NCBI GenBank assembly: GCA_963925895.1
Contig: CAWUVH010000007.1
Span: forward strand, 178,910 to 242,909
Source of the DNA: an uncultured Burkholderiales bacterium
GTDB taxonomy: Bacteria > Pseudomonadota > Gammaproteobacteria > Burkholderiales > Eutrophovitaceae
DNA length: 64,000 nucleotides
Direction of reading: 5' to 3'
Within the stretch, counting starts at the first letter, position 1. The number at the start of each line of letters is the position of its first letter. A model generated the notes under the pieces. That model was not told where the DNA came from and made no database searches. It saw only the letters and a list, made by a program, of their open reading frames with translations. Made by a program: the position numbers and the translations under genes. Positions 8,530 to 15,878 of this stretch are shown here, one piece after another.

Positions 8530-9324
8530 TTACGGTCTGGTGGCAATTACGGTTTTGATCGATATAAGCAGACCCAGGACAACGTAAGTCGTCACCAACA
8601 TGGGCCCAGTGGGCGCATCAAGTAATGCGGAGAGTCCTACGCCTACGATGATTGAAAAAGAACTGAATAGCCACGCGTACAACAATGGTTTCTGCCGACC
8701 AAAGGTTACCAGCGCTGGAAGGATGAGACTCGCAAATACGACGTAAATCCCAATCAACTGCACAGAGGCGGTAATTGTTAACGCGAACATAAAGTAAAAG
8801 CCCAGACCTTGTCGCATTTTCGGTACTAACATCCAAGTCGCAAAGATGCCTCCAAAAAGGGGAAGATAAAAAATAACGTCGTCAAGGGTTGCGAAGAGTA
8901 TTTGGCCTGAGAGCAAGTGCTTGAGTTCTTCGTCGCCATGAGGGTTGTTGCTCAGAACGAGGATTGAAAGTGAAGCTGACAGCACGAAGAAAACACCGAT
9001 CCATGCTTCTTGTAGCGTAGGAAAGTGTTTTTCGATATACCTAAAAAGCAGTCCTCCAAGTAGCGCGAAGACTAAGGCTCCGAGGCTCGGGATGAATGAA
9101 AATCCAGAGAGAAAATGCTCAGTGTGAATATGTTCCGAATGGATGTACTTTGATTGGACTAGAACCTCAGCAATGATAAATCCAAGTCCTGCAATTTGTG
9201 CGATCGCCAGATCGATAAAAATAATCCCGCGCCTCAATACCTCGATGCCCAAAGGGGCGTGAACCACAGAGACCATCAGACCGATCAGCAGAGCGGGTAA
9301 TACGATATCCAGTAGTTCAGCCAT
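8530..9324 (-). CDS. Metal (Zn/Mn) ABC transporter permease, ZnuB/ABC-3 family
   Basis: 264-aa polytopic protein. The N-terminus LGIEVLRRGIIFIDLAIAQIAGLG is typical of ABC-3 permeases. Confidence 0.8.
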   Translation of the reverse strand: MAELLDIVLPALLIGLMVSVVHAPLGIEVLRRGIIFIDLAIAQIAGLGFIIAEVLVQSKYIHSEHIHTEHFLSGFSFIPSLGALVFALLGGLLFRYIEKHFPTLQEAWIGVFFVLSASLSILVLSNNPHGDEELKHLLSGQILFATLDDVIFYLPLFGGIFATWMLVPKMRQGLGFYFMFALTITASVQLIGIYVVFASLILPALVTFGRQKPLLYAWLFSSFSIIVGVGLSALLDAPTGPMLVTTYVVLGLLISIKTVIATRP

Positions 9325-9335
9325 AGGTGTTTGGG

Positions 9336-10226
9336 TTAATTGGAGAGCAGTTCAATAGATTGGTCGTAAATTTTATAAAGGTCTGTAGTGTCTGGCAACC
9401 CTCCAACGGTATAGGGCAGTGTAATTAACCGCACGCCTGTTTTTTCGGAAACCCAATCACCTGGCGCTTTAGTGTCGAAGGGTGTTCTGATAATGGCGAG
9501 GGTTGGATTCTGTTTGATAATCGATACGACCTTGGCGAGATGCCGTGCGGAAGGCGGAATACCGGGTTTTTCTTCGATAGAGGCAAGCACATTAATGCCT
9601 AAAAATTTTAAAAGGTAGCTGAATGATTTGTGTTGCACGACTACACTTTTACCGGCGAGTGAGGCGCTAGTAGACTTCCATCGTTCTGTGGCGCTGAGCC
9701 ACTTGGATTCGAATTCTTTTAGGTTTTCTGCGTAAATTATTTTGTGATTTGGATCGATTGCGGCAAGACGCTCATTGATGATTGCGGCGGTTTTTAATAT
9801 AACTTGAGGCTCTAGGTGCACGTGTGGATTGCCGTCGGGATGAATGTCACCTAAGCTTCGATCCAAAACCTGCGGGATTTCGATGTTTGTGACATAGTCG
9901 CTGACCAATACGTGCCCAGGTTGTCCTGCTTGGATTTTTTGGGTGCCGTTTCGAAGTAAAAGTGGTAGCCAGCCCACCTCGAGGTCAGCGCCTGAGCAAA
10001 TTAAAAGATCAGCGCGTTTAATTTTACTCATCAGACTGGGTTTGACTCTGATGAAGTGAGGGTCCTGGCGACCATGAGTTGCGGAGACCACTCTGATTTG
10101 GTCCCCACCTATTTCTTGGGCCAATGCTTGCCATTCTGGTTCGCAGGTGAATACGAACGGTTTGGCTTGAACTGCGTTGAACGAACAGCCCGAGAGAAAA
10201 ACGATTGTGGTGAGCCATTTCATCAT
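9336..10226 (-). CDS. Metal ABC transporter substrate-binding protein, ZnuA/TroA family
   Basis: Signal peptide, then conserved metal-ligand contexts (RQDPHF, GNPHVHLEP). Length is 296 aa. It lies directly upstream of the permease. Confidence 0.8.
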   Translation of the reverse strand: MMKWLTTIVFLSGCSFNAVQAKPFVFTCEPEWQALAQEIGGDQIRVVSATHGRQDPHFIRVKPSLMSKIKRADLLICSGADLEVGWLPLLLRNGTQKIQAGQPGHVLVSDYVTNIEIPQVLDRSLGDIHPDGNPHVHLEPQVILKTAAIINERLAAIDPNHKIIYAENLKEFESKWLSATERWKSTSASLAGKSVVVQHKSFSYLLKFLGINVLASIEEKPGIPPSARHLAKVVSIIKQNPTLAIIRTPFDTKAPGDWVSEKTGVRLITLPYTVGGLPDTTDLYKIYDQSIELLSN

Positions 10227-10349
10227 ATTGGATACCTACGGTTTCACATTAAGAGACATAAAAAAATCCTTGGAGTAGAGGAGGTTTTGCTCGTTGCCTA
10301 AAATCTTATGAGCGCACTCCAAGGATGAAGAGAGTTAATTCAACAGCCC

Positions 10350-10379
10350 AGATAAACCGCGGGTCTCCGCGGTTTATCT
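10350..10379 (-). terminator. 13-bp perfect hairpin just downstream of the OMP gene (terminator-like, no clear U-tract)
   Basis: Sequence is AGATAAACCGCGG-gtct-CCGCGGTTTATCT, 8 nt after the stop of the 10388..11728 gene. Confidence 0.5.
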
Positions 10380-10387
10380 ATATATGC

Positions 10388-11728
10388 TTAGTATTTATGT
10401 GCGCCGTGAGCACCAAAACTCATGAGGTACTGAAGGATGATTTGGTCATCTTCATTCCCTGCAGATAGCTCCTCTGAACCTAATTGCAGTCGAATTCGAC
10501 TGTATTCACTGTTCGTCCAGTCAAACATGAGGTTGAGCTGCGTGGGCTTAAAGCCTGCCCCATCTACGGCCGTGCCGTCCAATGCACCCGTTAAGTCTAC
10601 ATTCGACATTTCACTGTATCGAACGCCAACCCGCGCTTGCGGCATCCATTTATAAGTCGCGGCAACATACCAGCCTTTGGTTTCTGCATCGTATGCTGAT
10701 GTGGCGAATGCCTCATCTCCTGTAGCTCCGTAAGTTCCGTTCTCGCTGCGCGTAAAATGCTCTGCTGTAAGCGTGACCTCTTGGCTTCTTTCATTGCCTG
10801 TTGGCGCAAAGGTATATCGAATATCGTAGGCTGTGAGTTTCGTATCGCCGATAAAGGTAACTGTACCTTCTTCAGTTACTCGTCCGCCTGTTTCACCATC
10901 GACTTGATAAGCGCCAAATCTCCAGGTTCCATTCGTACCTACGTCTCCACCAATTCGATAGAACAATGAGCTTGCGCCAATACCTTGCCCGTCTGGGGTG
11001 CCAAATGGAAAGTCACTGCCTCTAAACAAACCCAGGCCAACTTCGTTATAAATTTCCGTTGGTAAGATTTTACTTATCTGGATACCGTCGTCATTGTAGC
11101 CGCCGTTCAAGTAGACTCTATAGGGTAGGGGTCGGTCCGCGAAATCATCGGTGTGCGCGTGTTGCTCATTCAGATAACCCAATGTCCAAAGTGCTTTACC
11201 GAACTTAAATTGTGCGGGTGCGCCAGCGCCAGGTAAGGTTTGAACATAGGCTTCCTCGACTTCAGTCACGATTGCCCCGCCTTCTTCAACAAGGGCATAC
11301 GTGAGACTGCCGTAAAATTTATCATCGATACTCGCTGAGAAATTGATCTCGGTGTGATCTAAGCCTAGACCGCCAGTGCCTCGCTCACCCTCTTCTCCAA
11401 TGGCAAAGCCTGTGAGTTCGGGTGCTGTTCGTTGGGAAAACTCTTTGAACTGTCCGTTTAAGATGATACCAATGGAAGGATTAAATTCATTTCCTCTAAC
11501 AGAACGTCCACCCTGTGATTCGACAGTCATTGATGTTGTGGCGACTGCTTTAGACTGAATGGCGATATCTAGTTTATTTTCTAAATCAGAAATTCTTTGT
11601 TCGTATTGATTACGTAATTCGTCCAATGCTTGACGTAATTCATTTACATCTTCTTGCGCATGAGTTGGGCTAAAGGCCATAAGACCTATCGCTGCGACAA
11701 AGCAGCGTAGTGTGTATTTCGACATCAT
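10388..11728 (-). CDS. Putative outer-membrane beta-barrel (porin-like) protein with N-terminal coiled coil
   Basis: Signal peptide (…SPTHAQE) followed by a heptad-like segment, NELRQALDELRNQYEQRISDLENKL. The body is Gly/Tyr-rich with an alternating pattern, and the C-terminal residue is aromatic (…HKY). Confidence 0.5.
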   Translation of the reverse strand: MMSKYTLRCFVAAIGLMAFSPTHAQEDVNELRQALDELRNQYEQRISDLENKLDIAIQSKAVATTSMTVESQGGRSVRGNEFNPSIGIILNGQFKEFSQRTAPELTGFAIGEEGERGTGGLGLDHTEINFSASIDDKFYGSLTYALVEEGGAIVTEVEEAYVQTLPGAGAPAQFKFGKALWTLGYLNEQHAHTDDFADRPLPYRVYLNGGYNDDGIQISKILPTEIYNEVGLGLFRGSDFPFGTPDGQGIGASSLFYRIGGDVGTNGTWRFGAYQVDGETGGRVTEEGTVTFIGDTKLTAYDIRYTFAPTGNERSQEVTLTAEHFTRSENGTYGATGDEAFATSAYDAETKGWYVAATYKWMPQARVGVRYSEMSNVDLTGALDGTAVDGAGFKPTQLNLMFDWTNSEYSRIRLQLGSEELSAGNEDDQIILQYLMSFGAHGAHKY

Positions 11729-11815
11729 CTATCTCCAAATTTTTTATTACATTGAGCGCATAGGCTCGAACAGACGCCGAATATAAAGTCGGTGCTGAAT
11801 GGTTTTTTAATTGGA

Positions 11816-12100
11816 CTAGATGTGGCTTGGGGGGTCTCGAGCGAGATAGGGTGCGTTTGGAAGGTCTGCTAAGAGTGCCGCGACCGATGCAAAAACAGGC
11901 GCGCCAAATTCTTCGATGTTCTTGGCTAGGACGGGGGTTGTGGGTGGCGCGGTATCGAGTGTCGCCGAGGTATTACACGTGGCGCAAAAGCGCTGGTCTC
12001 CCTTGTCGGCATGCAGGTCTCCATCCATCGCGTGTGCCGCGATGGTGATTTGCGCAAAGGCGAAAAGAATAACAAGGCTAAGGAGACGAACTAATTTCAT
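11816..12100 (-). CDS. Small exported protein with a Cys/His segment, function unknown
   Basis: 94 aa with a clear signal peptide (MKLVRLLSLVILFAFAQITIAAHA) and an HADKGDQRFCATC segment. It is the first gene of the co-directional metal-uptake cluster. Confidence 0.4.
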   Translation of the reverse strand: MKLVRLLSLVILFAFAQITIAAHAMDGDLHADKGDQRFCATCNTSATLDTAPPTTPVLAKNIEEFGAPVFASVAALLADLPNAPYLARDPPSHI

Positions 12101-12266
12101 TTCGACAACCTTAAAATTATCTCAGACGCTTTGTCAAGTTATTCGGTTTTTCAGTATCTTGATTTTTGTGATTATTCTTACGCTCTAAATATTTGATTTT
12201 TTTGTGGCTGTATTATCTGCGTTGAGCGCAAGCAAGACTTATTTTATTATTCATGCAAACAAATCC

Positions 12267-12295
12267 TTGCGACTAACGCATGCAGGTGTTAGAGT
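12267..12295 (+). promoter_or_regulatory. Candidate sigma70 promoter about 510 nt upstream of the helicase start codon
   Basis: TTGCGA, a 17-nt spacer, then TAGAGT. This is the only good -35/-10 pair I found in the 0.7 kb spacer. Confidence 0.35.
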
Positions 12296-12804
12296 GCGCC
12301 ACCGAGTTTCTGTTGCTCTTGCAAAAAACGCGAACTTAAGGCTTAAATTTGATGTTCGCGCTCCCACATAACGTAGTGGGTTCCCCCAAGATCAGACGTA
12401 GTTGTTTGATCCTAAGTGTTTAAATAAGAGTGAACCGGCGATCCACATGGTGTGGTTGTCATCGGATAGTGACTCTCTATTTGAAGTAGGTGGGAAAGAG
12501 GAAGAGATATGGCAGTTATTACTGATCGGCGGCGTCATGTCGTCGAGGAGCTTGGATTAATCGCGTCCGTTAGAGATGCCACCGACGCCCCAATTCATGT
12601 CATTGCAATTCAGCGCATCGACATTCGCGGATCTAACAATATGCAACGACTGGTTTGCGAGCAAAAGCGCCACACTATAAACCGTCTTGCATCCCCAATA
12701 AATAATTAAACGCTTAACAGCATCTTCTCCATTAATCACAGTCAGGTCGTAAACTGGCGGCGTGTTAACGCTTAGCTACGTGCGTCTGCAATGAGGAAAG
12801 CAAT

Positions 12805-14022
12805 ATGAAAAACTTTGAAGAAATGGGTCTACCAGACCAAATTTTAGAAACATTAAAAGCGATGCAGTTTAGTGAACCTACGCCGATTCAGATTGAGGCG
12901 ATTCCACTAGCCATTCAAGGGAAAGATATTCTTGGTTCGGCTCAGACCGGAACCGGTAAAACAGCAGCATTCGGACTCCCGCTGATTGCGAGACTTTTGG
13001 CTAATCCTCAGGGCACAGCGCTAGTGATGACGCCTACACGAGAACTTGCCACTCAGGTGTTGAGTCAGCTACGTTTAATGCTAGGGAAATCCACAAATAT
13101 AAAAACAGCGCTACTGATTGGTGGCGATTCCATGTCAAAACAAATCCGACAAATTCGAGATAAGCCACGAATTTTCGTGGGTACCCCAGGAAGAATTAAT
13201 GATCACTTAGATCGCGGCATCCTTAAACTCAAGAATACAGACTTTTTGGTTCTCGATGAAACAGATCGAATGCTTGATGCTGGATTCACGGTGCAAATTG
13301 AAAAAGTGATGACGTTTTTGGCACCGCAACGCCAGACATTATTGTTCTCAGCGACCGTAGCACCCAATATCGCTCGTATTGCCGAAAAATATTTAAAAGA
13401 TCCCGTTCGTATCTCTGTCAGTAGCGCTTCAGCGACCGCGCCAAATATCAAACAAGACACCATTCGGGTCACCGATGGAGAGAAGTATACTTCCTTGGTC
13501 GATAGTCTCAATGAGCGTGACGGATCCATTATTGTGTTCGTTAAGACGAAACACGGTACGGAAAAAATGGCGATTCGATTATCTAAAGCAGGCCATAGCG
13601 CGGATGCCATTCATGGTGACTTAAAACAAAGTAAGCGAGATCGTGTGATTGCAGCGTTTAGAAGTAAGAAGTATCGGATACTTGTGGCAACTGATGTTGC
13701 AGCGCGAGGTTTAGATATCCCACACATCGAACACGTGATTAATTATGACTTGCCACAGTGCGCTGAGGATTATGTTCACCGTATTGGGCGAACGGCTCGT
13801 GCGGGCGCGAGCGGATCAGCTTTGAGTTTTATCACCCCAGCAGATAGAGGCAAGTGGGGTGCGATTGAGCGTTTATTAAATCCTGGGGCGAAGACTCATA
13901 GTGAGCCAAGAAAAGCCTCCAGAAAGCGCCGACCGAATGCGGGACCAAGAGGTGATGTTGTAGCCTTTCGTCGCGATAAGGATAAGAAAAAGAAATGGGC
14001 CCCAGCTAAAAGAGCTGCTTGA
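12805..14022 (+). CDS. DEAD/DExD-box ATP-dependent RNA helicase (motif II reads DETD)
   Basis: Q motif (F..PTPIQ), motif I AQTGTGKT, motif II VLDETDRML, SAT motif, motif VI HRIGRTARAG, and a basic C-terminal tail. Confidence 0.9.
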   Translation: MKNFEEMGLPDQILETLKAMQFSEPTPIQIEAIPLAIQGKDILGSAQTGTGKTAAFGLPLIARLLANPQGTALVMTPTRELATQVLSQLRLMLGKSTNIKTALLIGGDSMSKQIRQIRDKPRIFVGTPGRINDHLDRGILKLKNTDFLVLDETDRMLDAGFTVQIEKVMTFLAPQRQTLLFSATVAPNIARIAEKYLKDPVRISVSSASATAPNIKQDTIRVTDGEKYTSLVDSLNERDGSIIVFVKTKHGTEKMAIRLSKAGHSADAIHGDLKQSKRDRVIAAFRSKKYRILVATDVAARGLDIPHIEHVINYDLPQCAEDYVHRIGRTARAGASGSALSFITPADRGKWGAIERLLNPGAKTHSEPRKASRKRRPNAGPRGDVVAFRRDKDKKKKWAPAKRAA

Positions 14023-14189
14023 TCCTTTTAGGATTATTAGAAAGACGCTAGGGGTATTTTAAAAAGGTATCTCTAGCGAAGTTTCTCGCGTATTTTTTTG
14101 ATTCCGAGACCTTGCAAAATTATTTATCATGGCTATCTTTGATTTCAGCGCTTGTGTGCGGAAGCTTATTTGATTTGAGGATATTTGCG

Positions 14190-15281
14190 ATGGGGTCTAT
14201 GAAGTTCACAAGAGTTCTATTGTCACTGTTGTTGGTCTTTAGTTGTGGCTTGGGTTTCGCACATCAAACTAAGTTATCCAGCAGTTTGTTAACGATTGAT
14301 GGCTCGAGTGTTCGCGGCGAAGTAGAAGTCAATGTCTTGGATCTAGAGGCCGCACTTGACACAACACTCTTTAATCACGACGCCTCGCTAGACCTTGACT
14401 CCATTGAGTTACGATCCGACGTTATATTTAACTATGTTGCGATTAATAATCGACTCTATTGTGATTCGGTTGCCCAAGTGCCAACGAAATTTGGGGATTT
14501 TCGTGTTGATGGTGAACATTTGATCATTGGCTTGGGTTGGTTGTGTGGTGAGACTACTGTACCTACCCGATATTCGGTTAGTCTTTTTCAAGAGGTCGAC
14601 ACCCAGTCGAGGCATGTGGTCAGTGTTTCCGGCGATCAAAGCTTTGTAGAGCTTTTAAGTCTAGACAATCAGCACGTTTCGCTTTTGACTCAAAAACATT
14701 CCTGGTTGGATCTCGTTTTAAAATTTATCATTTCTGGTGTTGAACATATTGCAATAGGATTCGATCATATTGCATTCTTGATCGCTGTCATTGTTTTGGG
14801 AAGAACATTTTGGCCCTTATTTAAAGTAATCACTGCGTTTACGATCGCGCACTCCATCACGCTGACATTGGCGGTTTTGAATGTTGTCACGATACCCCCA
14901 ACAGTTATCGAGCCATTGATTGCCTTAAGTATTGTGTATGTAGCCGTGGAGAATTTTTTTGTTGCCGATATCAAGCGACGCTATTGGCTGACCTTCATAT
15001 TCGGATTAATTCATGGGTTCGGTTTTGCATCAGTTTTAAGAGATTTTGGATTGCCGCAAGATAGCCTGATTTGGGCGCTTGCTTCATTCAACGTAGGTGT
15101 TGAAATTGGTCAATTGGCGATCGTCTTGGTCTCCGTTATATGTTGGCGTCTGATGACGGCATTGCCTTTTTTTGTGTCGACAGATCAAGGACTTTTACGA
15201 CAAAGAAATGTGTCGTTAATGATATCGTCTGTTGTGGGTTTGTTAGGATGCGGATGGTTTATTGAGCGGGTATTTTTATAG
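14190..15281 (+). CDS. HupE/UreJ-2 family membrane protein with an N-terminal periplasmic domain of about 190 aa
   Basis: Signal peptide after the ATG at 14190. The C-terminal half is polytopic and carries GVEHIAIGFDHIAFLIAVIVLG and TIAHSITL motifs typical of the HupE/UreJ-2 family. Confidence 0.6.
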   Translation: MGSMKFTRVLLSLLLVFSCGLGFAHQTKLSSSLLTIDGSSVRGEVEVNVLDLEAALDTTLFNHDASLDLDSIELRSDVIFNYVAINNRLYCDSVAQVPTKFGDFRVDGEHLIIGLGWLCGETTVPTRYSVSLFQEVDTQSRHVVSVSGDQSFVELLSLDNQHVSLLTQKHSWLDLVLKFIISGVEHIAIGFDHIAFLIAVIVLGRTFWPLFKVITAFTIAHSITLTLAVLNVVTIPPTVIEPLIALSIVYVAVENFFVADIKRRYWLTFIFGLIHGFGFASVLRDFGLPQDSLIWALASFNVGVEIGQLAIVLVSVICWRLMTALPFFVSTDQGLLRQRNVSLMISSVVGLLGCGWFIERVFL

Positions 15282-15337
15282 ATTTACACAGTAATGTTAG
15301 TTTGAACTGAATGTCATTTTTTGTATGGAGGCTAGAT

Positions 15338-15823
15338 ATGTTTAGGTACTTAGGATTGGTCTTTTTTCTTTATGCGTCTGTAGTTTTTTCCGCCCATCAT
15401 GAGTCAACGGAACATTCTAGCGAAATGCACATTATGAATGCCTGGGTCAAAGAGCCGTTGCCGGGTGTTGATGCCACTGGGGCGTATTTGTTTATTCATA
15501 ATCACGGTAAGCGCTCTGATCGTTTGGTAGGGGTGTCCACTGAGATTGCAAGTGTGAGCGAGATCCATGAAATGTCTCATGAGAACGGTGTTATGAAGAT
15601 GCGGCGATTGGAGTCCGGGATTACCTTGGCTCCTGACCAAAAAGTGCAATTAGAGCCAGGTGGGATTCACATCATGCTTTTTCATCTCAATAAGCCGATT
15701 AAAGCGGGAGAGGCGTATGTCCTGAGGTTAGAGTTTGAAGAAAGCGGGCTATTAGATGTGCCCGTTATAGTGAAAAAAAATGCGCGTTCCGAATTACATG
15801 ATCATCACGAACATAATCATTAA
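15338..15823 (+). CDS. Copper chaperone PCu(A)C (DUF461)
   Basis: Signal peptide. Motif H-x-M…M-x-M (EIHEMSHENGVMKM) plus GGIHIML. His-rich C-terminal tail HDHHEHNH. A GGAG Shine-Dalgarno lies 7 nt before the ATG at 15338. Confidence 0.8.
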   Translation: MFRYLGLVFFLYASVVFSAHHESTEHSSEMHIMNAWVKEPLPGVDATGAYLFIHNHGKRSDRLVGVSTEIASVSEIHEMSHENGVMKMRRLESGITLAPDQKVQLEPGGIHIMLFHLNKPIKAGEAYVLRLEFEESGLLDVPVIVKKNARSELHDHHEHNH

Positions 15824-15878
15824 TGAGTCACCCAGACAATCAAGCGAATAAAAAATCACATCTGTTGAGAGGTTGTTT

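Noticed and set aside
8380-8625. An 81-aa plus-strand ORF after the tRNA operon.
   Set aside because: It overlaps the 3' end of the ZnuB-like permease gene and has no Shine-Dalgarno or family resemblance.
12509-12709. A 66-codon ORF with a good Shine-Dalgarno inside the long helicase leader, considered as a CDS feature.
   Set aside because: It has no family resemblance, no signal peptide or TM segment, and it is overlapped by an equally long antisense ORF. I kept it as part of the leader finding rather than annotating a gene.
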